Positions 1 through 16,880 of a stretch of DNA of 64,000 bases are shown here, one piece after another. Position numbers and translations under genes: made by a program. Numbering within the stretch: the stretch's first letter is position 1; every line of letters starts with the position of its first letter. Source of the stretch: Octopus vulgaris (lineage: Eukaryota); assembly GCA_951406725.2 (NCBI GenBank), contig OX597831.1:11408001-11472000 (forward strand), given 5' to 3'. Below the pieces are notes generated by a model that made no database searches, was not told where the DNA came from, and was given only the letters and a program-made list of their open reading frames with translations.

Positions 1-770
<770 letters not shown>

Positions 771-1111
771 AAGACCCCCTTCGGTCATGAATGACCATGG
801 GATTGCACCTAGAAAGTTACCCTCCTAGACACAAGTCCGGGCAATGTTGTTTATGGAAGGCTAGCAGTCGCCCATGCATACCAGCCTCCCCTCTCCACGC
901 CACCAGTGTTATCCAAGGGAAAGACAAAGGTCGATACAGCTTGGCACCTGTGACGTCGCAACTCATTTCTACAGCTGAGTGAACTGGAGCAACGTGAAAT
1001 AAAGTGCCTTGCTCGAGAACACAACACGCAGCCCAGTCCGGGATTCGAGCTCACAACCTCACGATGATAATAATAATAATAATAATAATCGACGCTCTAA
1101 CCACTGAGCCA
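771..1111 (-). mobile_element. tRNA-derived CORE-type SINE (family C), near full length, embedded in (AAT)n
   Basis: Minus strand: A box TGGCTCAGTGG, B-box-like GAGCTCGAATCC, then GTGTTCTCGAGCAAGGCACTTTATTTCACGTTGCTCCAGTTCACTCAGCTGTAGAAATGAG resembling the MIR/CORE domain; 3' stem-loop GGTCAT-ga-ATGACC; homologous to 36715-37215. Confidence 0.8.
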
Positions 1112-1322
<211 letters not shown>

Positions 1323-1524
1323 TAGAAATTGTATATATATATATATATACATATGAAATGATATACGCATACATACATATGCACCTGTATCTACGCATCC
1401 ATGCACATAAAAATATGTTTGTGCGTTTGTACCTCTGTTGATTTACTGAAGTCAGTCACTGGACTCTGATGGCGATCATTCGCCGCCTGCCACGCTACAA
1501 CCGACAATATTAAACTCACATCTT

Positions 1525-1574
<50 letters not shown>

Positions 1575-1729
1575 TGTATGTATGTATGCATGCATGTATA
1601 TATTCATGCATCTATGTATGTGTATGCATGTATCTATCTATATATATATATATATATATATATGCATATATATAATATAAATAATATATACGTACGTATA
1701 CGTACATACTTACATGTATACGTATATAC

Positions 1730-2087
1730 ATATGCATATGTGGGCACAGGACGTCAGAAAACGTAAACAACAAAAACTAGGAAGTACGAGGACGTGGAAT
1801 ATGAACATTTTTTATGTTGCGAGCAACGAAACAATGGAAAACAAGGTAAACAACACTAACAACGGCCCTTCATCAGTTGTCGGCTATTTCTCTAATCCAT
1901 ATTTCGAATATATATCGTAGGACAAGTAGAGAGATATGTCTTTCAACGCGCAAACACTGATTGAACCTCATGGCTGGTTGCCGACAAATTTTTTCTGCTC
2001 TAAATGGATTTGATCCCATATATGCTGTGTATATCAATATTTGCGCGTTGAAAAATATATCTTTCTAATTGTTCTACAATATATTTC
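1730..2087 (-). mobile_element. Degenerate Penelope-like terminal-repeat derivative with hammerhead core remnant and about 55-bp inverted repeat
   Basis: CTGATGAAGGG on minus strand at about 1867-1877; inverted arms 1906-1961 and 2033-2087; end motif TATGCATATGTGGGCACAGGAC shared in reverse with 34224-34370. Confidence 0.45.
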
Positions 2088-2142
2088 ATCGCTTCAAAAA
2101 CAAACTTAAGTTTGTTTACATATGACACAACATATACATATA

Positions 2143-2220
<78 letters not shown>

Positions 2221-2221
<1 letters not shown>

Positions 2222-2395
2222 CTAATGCTCGTAGCTTAGTTTTTGTTTGGGGCTGGCCAGATTGGAGCAATCTCAAGATTAATCAGCCGAAATTGCGAGG
2301 ATGATCCGGTTCTTGACTGAAGATTAAAGGCTTCGAATGACCCGTCCGTGTTTTTTGTATCGTCTATTTGGATGTTTTGCGTTCTTTCCATTTTG

Positions 2396-2400
<5 letters not shown>
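2221..2400 (+). repeat. Dispersed repeat family D, copy 1, between (TA)n tracts
   Basis: GATTAATCAGCCGAAATTGC...GATGATCCGGTTC...GACTGAAGATT...CCCGTC shared with 12292-12427; GGCTG...CAGCC-GAAA resembles hammerhead stem II. Confidence 0.7.
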
Positions 2401-2441
<41 letters not shown>

Positions 2442-2456
2442 CGTACACTTTATTCT

Positions 2457-2504
<48 letters not shown>

Positions 2505-2524
2505 AATAAAGTGTACGTACGTCG

Positions 2525-2571
<47 letters not shown>

Positions 2572-3479
2572 AACACACACACACACACATTCAGATATAT
2601 ATAGTATATAACAACAAGGCTTTTAATGACTAAAATATTATTTATCTCCTCCTAGATATCGCTCACATTTATTTAGCGTTAAACATATCAAATTGAAAAT
2701 TAGTTTAAAAGGAATATAAGTTGACAAGCTTTGGCCTAGTGCATGACCTGGGGGAAAAATCTGAACATTCAGCCCGTTATTTTACTTCCAACACTCGCTA
2801 TGTTTTAATGTCTCGTCAGTTGCTCGGTAGAGCATATGAAGTGAAACTGATGTTCGGGTGAGTTTAGGAAATCTTTCAGTTTTCATTTGGCCCAGGTTTT
2901 GGCTAAAGTTCAGTCAATTTTAAATGCATTAGAACAGATTAGTGTAAAAATTCGCTTCAACAAGTGAATTGGTATCCTTCCGATATCGATAAAATTTCTT
3001 CTTCAGGCAGTTCAAGACTATTAATTTCCTTTCTTCCATAGAATCTCAGCCACATTTCCAAAGAATGTACTAAACATTTAGGTGTTACATGCACATGTTA
3101 AATAGATGCTCATGCATGCATGCAGACAAATATATAATGCATATCTATATAAACGCATGTGTGTTTGTATGTGTGTGTTTTGTGTCTGCGTCTGAGTGCA
3201 CGCGGGTGCGAGCGTGTGTTCATGCGAAATAATTATATAAAAATCATTGAACATTCAATTGACGGATCACTTAATGAGTTTCTGTAGAGTAAAATATTCA
3301 TGAAACGATTTACAAAGAGAATATTGACCGTAACAGCGAGGTTGCAGGTTCGATTTTCTCGGATTAATCGATGAAGGGGAGCAAGCTGAAATGTCAAAGT
3401 CACGATCAACATTTTCCCTGTAAATGTTCATAAACATGTGTTCTATTATACACATCCACACACACACACATATATATGC

Positions 3480-3527
<48 letters not shown>

Positions 3528-4302
3528 TATATATGTATACATATGCACATATACATGTATATAACATATATATGTATGTTTATATAGATATAAATATATG
3601 CATATATATAAATATATACATGTAAATATATGCATGTGTATACATATATATGTACAAATATATATATTAATATAACATATATATATATATATGTATATAT
3701 GCATGTAGGTATAAATGTATGTATGCTTGTGTGTATGTATGTATATATGTATGCATGCATGTATGTACGTATGTATGTATGCTTGTGTATGTATGTATAT
3801 ATGTATGTATTATGTATATATGATGTATGTATGTATGTATGTATGTATATATGTATGTATGCTTGTCTGTGTATGTATGTATATATACTATTTGGCATGC
3901 CTAACGACTTCTCACACTCTTGCAAGCGTTTTTCCCACTTCACCTTCTTGATCCTCTTCTGCCCTCTTCCCTGTCTTTCCGTTCACCCTCTTGCGTCTGC
4001 AGAACGAACCATCATACATCTTGTCACAATCAGCCGTATCTTTCTTTCTTGTTCGACGAACCTTCATATTACCCAGGTTGCATTGTGTCTCCTCGTAGCG
4101 CATCCCACCTGTTCAGTCTTGCTGGTTACATGGGAACCTCAGTAATGCTGCTAACACGAAAGGAGCACCCACCACGTGACGTAACATTGGAAGGGGCTGC
4201 CAAACTGCATCAGCCATGACAATATTGCAACTCCTTATTCTATATGGAAAGCCATCGGAGATTGTCGATCATAAGGATGACGGGTCATACACACACACAT
4301 AT

Positions 4303-4404
<102 letters not shown>

Positions 4405-4431
4405 TATATGTATGTATATATATATATATAC

Positions 4432-4525
<94 letters not shown>

Positions 4526-4589
4526 TCCTTGTATATTTATATTTATATTGAATGATACAGTATATATATATATTCTATATAATAAATTA

Positions 4590-4626
<37 letters not shown>

Positions 4627-4689
4627 ATGTATATTTATATTTATATATGATATGTATATATATATTTATATATATATATATGGTATATA

Positions 4690-4733
<44 letters not shown>

Positions 4734-4929
4734 CATTGTAAACAAAGTATAATTAAAAACGTATATGGCCCAATGTTTTATGAAAATTATACTATTCATG
4801 TGTGTGTGTCTGTGTGTGTGTGTCTGTGTGTGTGTGCATGTATGTGTGTTTGAATATATATATGTATGTACATGTGTACGCATTTTTATGTATATTAATA
4901 GATGTATATATAAATATTGATAGATAGAC

Positions 4930-5010
<81 letters not shown>

Positions 5011-5384
5011 TTTAGATATATGTGCATATGCATTTTATATATGCCTGCGTGTATGAATGTCCATATGCTGGCATGCACGAATCCTACACGTTCATAAGCA
5101 TACATCCAGCATTATATTTATACGCATACGCACCTATATATTTGTATACATATGTGTGTGTGTGTGTGTGTGTGTGTTTACCGCCAACGTCAACAATTTA
5201 CGATCGTTTGAGAAGATTTTACTTAGTTAAACCAATTCGTGGTGCTTCTTCGATTATAACCTGAAGTCATGTCTGAGAATGGAATTGTTGAAATGGATCA
5301 ACATCAGCAGCGACGGTGTCCCGTGGCAGCGGCGGAGCTCACTGCCAATATCGTGATCGGGGTGGTAATACTTGTAGCAGCTGT

Positions 5385-5427
5385 ATTATTATCATTATTA
5401 TTGTTATTATTATTATTATTATTATTA

Positions 5428-5494
<67 letters not shown>

Positions 5495-5571
5495 CATCAT
5501 TATTATCATTATTATTATTATTATTATTATTATCATTATTATTGTTATTATTATTATTATTATTATCATCA

Positions 5572-5635
<64 letters not shown>

Positions 5636-5644
5636 TATTATTAT

Positions 5645-5690
<46 letters not shown>

Positions 5691-5781
5691 TGTTGTTGTT
5701 GTTGTAGTAGTAGTTGTTGTAGTAGTAGTTGTTGTAGTAGTAGTTGTTGTAGTAGTAGTAGTTGTTGTAGTAGTAGTAGTG
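5385..5781. repeat. Compound trinucleotide array (ATT/ATC)n grading to (GTA/GTT)n
   Basis: Directly visible. Confidence 0.95.
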
Positions 5782-7609
5782 GAGAATTGCAACAGTGCTG
5801 AATGTTGTAAGCTGTAGTCCAAAATTTTGTCATTAGCTGCCCACTTAAGTTCAAGCTTCACCGTCGCTACCTCAGTGAAAGAGGGGGAGAGACATAGACA
5901 GAGACAGACAGAGAGACAGAGACAGACAAATGGACAGACACAGAGAGAGGCAGACAGACAGAGATGGATGGAGTCCCACTACTAGAATCCGCATCTTTAC
6001 TCCAACACAATTCATCATTATTTCTTATTGTCATCGTGAGGGATGGAAGAAAAAGGTGGTGTTCTTTCCATTTTTTAATCGTGTTCAGCTGTTTGTGAAT
6101 GTGTGAGTATGCGCGCGAACACATACACACATACAGACACATATATATATATATATATATTTATACACAGGTGAGTGTGTGAGGGTGATAGAGGGTGTGT
6201 ATGTGCGCATGCATGTATAAAATATGACAACATGAAACGACCATGAAATATAAAATTCTGAAAGTGAAATCGCTTCCTAAGAGTTTGAATTCCCCCACCC
6301 CCACCCCGACCTCCACTGTACCCCCAACAAGGAAAACCAACAACAACGACAACATTTGGCAGCAAAAGGGTAAGTGGGAAAATATTGTTTAGAGATGTGT
6401 TGATACGTTTGGCAAAATGGCAATAGCAACAACAACAACAACAACACACACACACATACTCTCTCTCTCTACCTCTGCCTCTAACCATAAAACTTATGTC
6501 CAAACAGTATTTTAATGATAAAAATTTGAGTGATGGATCAAATTCGTCCTTTGCCTATGTAATTTGCAGCTGATAAATTGTTGATATGGAACATTTAACT
6601 AGAAGAAAGCCTACATGGCACTATTATATTACAAAAACAAGTGCTTTCCTACCTGAATGAGTCAGGCACTAGAAAGAAAGAGGTAGCCTACTCGTGCTTT
6701 GTCAATGCTACAATTTCTTTCCTTAAACTTGCCATGGTACAATGGGAGACAGGCCTCGTTTATACACGAACTTAAGAGAATATTTATCAACTTAAGTATT
6801 GAGTTTAAGCCTGGAAATAAGGTGAAAGAAAAACGATGAGCTAGAGCGCCATACACCAAACCATAGCCTAATCCAGCTACAGTTGAGATGAAGAGACATG
6901 AGGGCGACGTAAAAAGATATTGATGTTAATCCCTGGTTTGTACTTCATTCCAAAGCTGAGACGACAGGTCAGGTGAGAGTTCTATGGATGTACAAATCCT
7001 CATAACATCCACAAAACCAGGAAATGAGTGTGTTTGAATTGATGTAGAGAGAGGAGCACGACAACTGGTCCTTCGGTGCAGAGAACCTGACTACTATATG
7101 TTATTTAAGGCCCTTCGCGCGGAATAGCTGTGGAAACTAAATGTCAAACATTAAAAAAAAAGCTTCGAAGACAGCAAATAAAAATTGTGAAAGCGTTCGC
7201 TTCGCTCTCGGTTTTAAGAACAGACCAAAAGGCCAGGAAAATTTTCTACCTGGTCACAAGCAACAACAACAGCACTTAATTAGTTTCCAGTGTCAACGAG
7301 TAGAAGGCAAAAAAACAAAATTGATGGAAAGAAATGAAAGTCAGAAGGGAAACCCACAAAAAGTGGTTTAACCTTTGAGAATACAAGCGAAAACTGCGCG
7401 GAGAAGCTCAACGACCTCATCCTGAAAATCAAGGATTTTCCGTTGTTGCGCAGAGAAGATATAGGAGATAGAAAGGATACAAAACAGCATCTGGGGATAC
7501 ATTCTCACTTTCATTTCCAATTTTAAAAATGTCCTCTATAACATGTATTGAGAACTCTATCTTTTGTTCGACATAACGCAACATCTCTCTCTCTCTTGCT
7601 TCTCTCTCG

Positions 7610-7693
<84 letters not shown>

Positions 7694-7713
7694 ATACACA
7701 TATATATATATGT

Positions 7714-7763
<50 letters not shown>

Positions 7764-7772
7764 CATACATAA

Positions 7773-7819
<47 letters not shown>

Positions 7820-8042
7820 CGTAGATAACATTAAGTTTCCGCCAGTATTGGCCCAAACCATTTACCAACTGAATAGCACAGCATAGAAGAAGCTTTTAAG
7901 TCATGTTCCGGAACACCACCCCATCTCACAAGAGTGCGGATTTGTTTGTAAAGATGTATCCGTTTGTCTGCGATTTGTCTGGTATTTCTTGCACAGATTT
8001 ATCCACGTGCCATTTCATTAATGAATAAAAAGAAAAATATGC

Positions 8043-8084
<42 letters not shown>

Positions 8085-8308
8085 TAAGCGAATGTGTATC
8101 TGTGTGTAGGCGAACATATTCATTTGTTCGAAGCAGGTGTTTCACAACGTCACAAATCTGAGTTTGCCGTTAGCATTCATCATATCGACATGATCCAAGG
8201 CACCGTGACGAAATGGGTGACAGTCAAACGCAACGCAAACATAAGAGTTACATCTTAGCTTAGAATATACGCTTCAATTATCCCTATTGTATATTTACAG
8301 TGTACATA

Positions 8309-8383
<75 letters not shown>

Positions 8384-8687
8384 CTGTATTATCGTTTGTG
8401 TAAGCAACAGGAAGCTATGAATATGTACGTTTGATATGTGAAGCGAACTAGAGTTTCAGAACGATGTATTGATTTTAGCATCGTGGTATGGCCTGTGTGT
8501 TTGTGTGCGCGGCTGTGTGGCACAGACGCCCGCACACACACACATACATATACATACGTATATACATATACGTATATATGATAAACACACACACACACTC
8601 ACATATATATATATATATACATATATATATATGAATATATGTATGTACGTATGCATTTATTTATGAATATAAACAAATATATATATA

Positions 8688-8727
<40 letters not shown>

Positions 8728-9594
8728 GATACACATGCATATATAGACATTTATTTCTCAATTTTGCAAACACTTATACACACGTATATATTATTCATGT
8801 AGCAACACATGTATATATTTCACAACTGAAAAAAAAAACAGTTGCATATTATACGCAGTGGAGCAAACACACACTAGCACAAACAGACACACACACACAC
8901 ACGCACACACACACACACACACACGCACACACACACACACGCACACACACACACATACGCAAATGCACTTCTGTCCACGTATGCACACGTGTTTGTATGT
9001 ATGTACGTACGTACGTATGTATATACGAATGAGCATATTAAATAGATATCTAAAAACAAATTCGTAGAGGAAAACAGATAAAAGCGTATTGGCATTTAAC
9101 CATATTCTATAGGAAAAGAAAAGCAAAAAAAAAATAACAAACTAAAAAAAGATGTTTCTTAGTCTTTTTTTTTTTGCGATAACATAAAACGATTTTTTAA
9201 CACATTTTCTTATGAGTTCTTTACGGTTTGTTTGGAACGATAAAAAGCAATTTATAAGATCATCGACCTTTTAAGAGTTTTCCGCTCTCAGTTTTTTTTA
9301 GGAAAACTAAATTTTATCTAACGGTATAGCCTATAATAAAAGTGTAATAAAAGCGGATTGTAACTTTATTATGTTTGATACAAATGATAAAGATGGGGAG
9401 GATGTATGGAGCGTTAATGGGAGTCGGGAGTTTTATGATTTTAAAATGATTCTGAAGATAATATAATGCGGGGGTAATTAGAAAAAAAAAATATCAGAGT
9501 GATTGTGAAGACGAAAGATTAACGATTAAAGTGCTTGATTTTGATAAAAAGTTTAGATCCTAAGAAATGTTTGTACTACAAATACGCATAAAGG

Positions 9595-9667
<73 letters not shown>

Positions 9668-9744
9668 GGTAGATAGAGAGGGAGATAGATAGATAAATAG
9701 AGAGATAGATAGACAGACAGATAGACAGATTGACAGATAGATAA

Positions 9745-9801
<57 letters not shown>

Positions 9802-9846
9802 CACATATATGCATATACATAAATTATATACACATATAAATATATG

Positions 9847-9881
<35 letters not shown>

Positions 9882-9928
9882 GGGGTGTAAATGTATGCGT
9901 GTGTGTATACAGCATGTATGTAACTATA

Positions 9929-10001
<73 letters not shown>

Positions 10002-10617
10002 GCAGGAAAAAATTTATCCATATGTATATATATGAATGTATGTGTATGTATAATTATCTATCTGTCTTCTGAATCACACACATACACATACACATACAGA
10101 CACATACACATACAGACACATACACACACACACAGGCATTAATTTTATATATCTGTGTGTCTGTCTTGTAGCCGGAAACCAGAGCGAAAACAGTGAGCTA
10201 AAGAGGCTTCAAAGAAAAGAGACAAGTGACTACAGCTGTTCGCTTCTCTGCAGACTGACTTTCATTTCCTGGAAAGCATCTCAATTTCGGAGAACTTTGG
10301 GGGTCTTGGGATAATCTCCCCTTATCATACGATGTCAATACAATTGAATTGCCACCAAACAATTACTGTACTCTCATTAGCAGCTATGATAATTAAAAAA
10401 CACAACAGAATTTAATATATGTGATTTAGTATATCGCCAATGTTCTTTGCCGACCAAATACGCTCCGCAAACCGTTCGCTTGGCTTATTTTCGTCTCATG
10501 TACATATACATATGTGTATATGTGTGTGTATAGATATATGTGTTTATATATGAATGAAGCCATGCCTTTGGGCTGAAGCGTATAAATGAATAAAAGAATA
10601 TATATATACATGTATAC

Positions 10618-10694
<77 letters not shown>

Positions 10695-10759
10695 TACATA
10701 TATATATATACATATACATACATATATGTACATACATATATATACATATACATATACAT

Positions 10760-10822
<63 letters not shown>

Positions 10823-11171
10823 TATATACACATATATATATGCACGCAACATATGTTGTAGAGGTGCATGTTTCCTTATGCTCGCATCAGAAAAGATAGA
10901 TTTGTCAGTGACTTCCAAATATCGGAGAGTGCGATGAAGGCCAAACAGTCCGCTACTTCGAACTCACTGACTAAACATTATCAATCTATCTATACATATG
11001 TACATATATACATACATGGTCATATTAAATGCCTGCGTGTGTGTATGTGCATGCCCTTGTCGTGAGTTTATGTGTTTCTGTGTGTGTATAAATGTATGTA
11101 TATACATTTATACATTATATGCTATATACATATTCACACACACAAACATATAAATATATATACACACACAC

Positions 11172-11204
<33 letters not shown>

Positions 11205-11215
11205 ACCACACACGC

Positions 11216-11246
<31 letters not shown>

Positions 11247-11372
11247 CAAATATATATATGTATACACATACATATATATATATATGTATATATATTTGAA
11301 TATAAATATATATATACATATACACATTTATAAATATATATATATGTATACATATATATATATGTATATTAT

Positions 11373-11423
<51 letters not shown>

Positions 11424-11503
11424 GCCTACATATATATATATTTATATATACATACATATATACGCATATATATGTGAATATATTCAAATATATATAAATA
11501 TAT

Positions 11504-11564
<61 letters not shown>

Positions 11565-11634
11565 CAGAGAGAGAGAAAGCATGGGGTTAGAGACAGAGTA
11601 GAGAGAAAGAGAGTGAGCAGAGGAAAAGAGGAAG

Positions 11635-11698
<64 letters not shown>

Positions 11699-12000
11699 GG
11701 CATGAGATAGATTATCGGATTAAAACAGTTCGCATCTGCTTGATTTGTTTAATGACATGAAACCAGAGGAATGTGTTTGCAGCTAGGAAGAAACATCGCC
11801 GCTAGTGGAGGGAACAACACACACACTCACATACAGAGGCACTCACGCACAAGTATATCATAAGTATGTGTGCGTGTGTGTGTATGTGTGCGTGTGCGTT
11901 TGTATGTGTGCTTATAGATATATTTATACACATGTTGATATATGTGTGTGTTCAGTGTCTATATATTTATTCACATATATGTATATATATATACATATAA

Positions 12001-12031
<31 letters not shown>

Positions 12032-12236
12032 TGTATATATATGTATATATATGTTTGTATGTAAATACATGCATACTCACACACACACGCACACAAACAC
12101 ACACACACTAACACACTCATATAAACACACACACACACACATATGGATCAAGGCAGTTTGATTCAAACTGTTATGATCCACGCATTTAACTTCTAATAAA
12201 TGTGTTGAGTGCCCTTCTTTCGTTCCTTCAAACAAT

Positions 12237-12284
<48 letters not shown>

Positions 12285-12291
12285 TATTAAT

Positions 12292-12427
12292 CAGGATTAA
12301 TCAGCCGAAATTGCTAAGATGATCCGGTTCCCGACTGAAGATTAGAGGCTTCGACTGACCCGTCTGTTATTTTGTATCGTCTTTTTGTGTGTTTTTGCGT
12401 TCTTGTCCCATTTTGTAACTTATATTT
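12292..12427 (+). repeat. Dispersed repeat family D, copy 2
   Basis: Colinear with 2277-2400. Confidence 0.7.
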
Positions 12428-12436
12428 AATTTCTAT

Positions 12437-12508
<72 letters not shown>

Positions 12509-12635
12509 TCATACAGTATATATTAACATATATGTATTGTTTGCACGTGGTTTTGTCCGTGCTGTGCGGTGTTTGGTGCGGGGTTGAGTGTAAGGAAAAC
12601 ATTGACTTCTAAACACAGATATGAGATTAATGTTT

Positions 12636-12650
12636 CCAGCAGGGGGAGCA
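12636..12650 (+). promoter_or_regulatory. Possible CTCF-type motif
   Basis: CCAGCAGGGGGAGCA vs consensus CCASYAGRKGGCRS, one mismatch; motif match only. Confidence 0.2.
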
Positions 12651-12942
12651 CGAAACACAAGCCGAGTGCTCACAACCTAAAACTCAGAACCTCTAGATCC
12701 GGGATGTTACAACAAGATCTTGATGACGATCACCAATCAAACTGTTACGATTGATTCCATACTTGAAGGATCGAGGAAAAAATCGAATAAAATTTGATCA
12801 TTAATAACGGAGCGTATACAGAATTGCACTTCGCCTTATATAATAACACCGACGGAACTTCACCGACACACAAACACACACACACATAGAGTCAGCACAC
12901 ACGAATACAAATTCACTCACAGTGTGTTTGTGTGTGGGTATG

Positions 12943-12984
<42 letters not shown>

Positions 12985-13258
12985 AATAAGATATATATAC
13001 ATAAATATATAAAGTATATGCATATATATATATATGTGTGTGTGTACATATATATATAAGTATAGATATATAAGTATATATATACGTACATGTACGTTAT
13101 ATATATACTTATATATCTATACTTATATATACATATATATATATACATATACATATATATATATACTTATTTATATATGTATATATACATACATATATAT
13201 ATACTTATATATATGTGTATACACACACACACACATATATACATATACATGTACATAC

Positions 13259-13339
<81 letters not shown>

Positions 13340-14049
13340 CAACCCAATCTTATACTATCTGTGTGTGTGTGTGTAGTGCAATACATAAATTCATAGAATC
13401 GTGTTGCTCTCACAGGAAGCTCCTCCAGAAAGCACGGTTATCGTACCACATAGAAACCCAACACAGGATTCTAATGCGAGAATTTAAGCTGCTGAAAGTT
13501 GTGATCTGAGTTTTATATCGGCATTAATTTGTAAATGTACAATTCCATTAGGCAATATGTAGCACCCATATTGGTGCAGACATATAAAATAGTTATTATA
13601 CATTGAATATATTACTATATGGTGATGGCTACGAAACGGCTGTAACCCTACGGATAGCATGTAGATAATCACATCTTATACCTCCAAACCATTTATGGTT
13701 GGTGAGTGTGTGTGTGTGTGTGAACGTGCATGTGTACATATACGTATATACATTTACATATATCAAGTGCTAATATTTATTATATACACACCAATATGGT
13801 TCGTTTGTGCGTTGATATATTGGTGGAGTTAAGACATCTACGATGTATAATGGCAATGTACATCGCTAATCAAACATAGTTTAAACAACTAATGAAATAT
13901 ATAAATATTTATTGTGTAGATAATTGTGTTAGGGTGTATACTGGCGTGTCTGTGAGTGTTGGGTGTATAAATGTAGTAATACATCATTAGGTAACATTAT
14001 AACGACATATATACATGATTTTAGGCATAACTACAAGCATTTACGGATA

Positions 14050-14101
<52 letters not shown>

Positions 14102-14261
14102 AAGTTTACGAAAAATATATATATATAGATATATATATATAGAAAGATACACACATAAATAGATAGATAGATAGATAATGTTTATTATATACATTATATA
14201 TTTAAATGTAGGATTACACATATACACACAAACGCATATATATTTATATTTACCTATTTTA

Positions 14262-14378
<117 letters not shown>

Positions 14379-14617
14379 CGGAGTAAGAGCATAAATGTGA
14401 AACAAGGTGGAAAAAAGAATACTCAAATACCAGAGGTAGAGTAATATGTTTTATCTAAAAGCAGGAGAAATTTAACAAAAGCTGTTACTCGGAGTTTTAC
14501 GTTCCCAGGTAGATAGATAGATAGAGAGATAGATATATCTAACAATATATCTAACTATATATATATATATATACATATGTATGTATAGGTATATACATAC
14601 ATATATATATATATATG

Positions 14618-14657
<40 letters not shown>

Positions 14658-14666
14658 CAGACACAC

Positions 14667-14752
<86 letters not shown>

Positions 14753-15090
14753 TAAAACTTACTGTTAATACATTTATTCACACAAACACACACACACACA
14801 CTCATATACTGCCCATCCAAACTATAATACGCTGCGATAGAAAGAGCATTCCTTTTCCTACCGTTTCGCGGCACAATACGATGCAGGGATGAGTGAGACG
14901 TCAACATTTGTCACACAATATCATAATGTTAGATTATTTAATAATATTATGGCATAATGCGATTGCGCATTACGTAAGTGAATAAACTAGATTTCAATAT
15001 GCATCCACCGTACCATACACACACATACATTGGTACATACATAAATGCATACATACATATATACATACATATATATATACATACACACAC

Positions 15091-15124
<34 letters not shown>

Positions 15125-15446
15125 GTTTATATTAATATATATATTTATATATTTCATAAGTGTGTATGCATATGTATACACGTACCTATATGAGATAGAT
15201 AAGTATGTGTTTATATCTGTATGTATGTACGTGTGTATGTATGTATGTGTGCGTGTGTTTGTGTGTGTACATGTATGTGGTTACATGAAATGTTTGCGTA
15301 AAGAGATCGATTCAATCATGATCGTTAATCTTTAATCTCACAGTCTTTCTATATCTAATGTGTGTGTGTATGTTTACATTCATATCTAAATACTTAAACG
15401 CGCACGCACACTACATATATACACACACACATACATATACATATAC

Positions 15447-15489
<43 letters not shown>

Positions 15490-15635
15490 TAGATAGATAG
15501 ATAGATAGATACACATACATACACATACTTCTAGACAAATTTTTATATATAGGTATATATCAATAGATCCATTTATAAAGATGTATGCATATAAATTTAT
15601 ACATATACACTTGTGTGTATATATATATATATTAA

Positions 15636-15688
<53 letters not shown>

Positions 15689-15888
15689 TCGGGCAGAGTG
15701 AGAGTGAGAAACATTCATATTAATATATATGCAACTATTTATACACCCATACATATATGTATATATGTGTATGTATGAATGTATTCAAATGTATGCGTGT
15801 GTGTGTGTGTGTATGTGTATGTATGTGATAGACTCTGTAAATAATTGCTTATATTTTTGCAACAGAGTGTTTGTGCACATACACACAG

Positions 15889-16000
<112 letters not shown>

Positions 16001-16036
16001 CATATTTATATAGATATATTGATATATGTATACATG

Positions 16037-16254
<218 letters not shown>

Positions 16255-16359
16255 GGCCTAGGTGGAAAGCAGAGCGCTGTCACTTGTTATCTGCTCATCA
16301 GTCGGTTTAACAAATGTAAACAAACTTAGATTCATGTTTGTGTGTGTGTGTGTGAGTGA

Positions 16360-16396
<37 letters not shown>

Positions 16397-16557
16397 TGAG
16401 TGTATGCCCTTGTATGTGTGCCTTTGAGAATGTGTTTGTGCATGTATATGTGTGTTTGTGTGTGTGTGTATTTATATATGGACATACACTTACATACAGA
16501 CACACGTATATGTATGCACACAAATATATATATATACCCACTCTCATACACATAGAA

Positions 16558-16596
<39 letters not shown>

Positions 16597-16681
16597 ATCA
16601 CATACACACACACACACATATATATATATATACACCTTTTTCTTCTTCCTATTATTAAACTAAGGCCATATGTATACGCAA

Positions 16682-16880
16682 AGGGCTTCTTTCAGTTTCC
16701 CTCTTTAAATTCACTGACACACTCACGCACACACATATGTAGATGTGTTTGTATTTATATAATCATGTATCAACCAATGACGACCTAGGGCTATAGAAGA
16801 AGACATTTGCCCAGGTTGCCACAGAGTGGGACTGAACATGGGAACATTTGGTCTGGAGGCAAACTTCTTACAACACAGCC
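16682..16880 (-). mobile_element. SINE family A, degraded 5' half
   Basis: GGGCTTCTTTCAGTTTCC...GAAGACATTTGCCCAGG...GTGGGACTGAAC...CACAGCC matches the reverse complement of 59619-59781. Confidence 0.75.

Noticed and set aside
3890-4290. Possible RTE-like LINE 3' fragment on the minus strand
   Set aside because: Only a short RVNGK..GRG-like patch; insufficient support.
5269-5861. ORFs resembling a transmembrane or poly-N/poly-T protein
   Set aside because: Dominated by trinucleotide repeats; short unique flanks show no recognisable domain, though a UTR or exon cannot be excluded.
6640-7560. Possible decayed Tc1/mariner-like coding relic (also 33520-34135 and 40110-40620)
   Set aside because: Only vague peptide resemblance; no catalytic motif or TIR recognisable without a profile search.
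16265-16301. CTGATGA (minus) with GCAGA/TCTGC stem
   Set aside because: GAAA is on the opposite strand, so no complete core.
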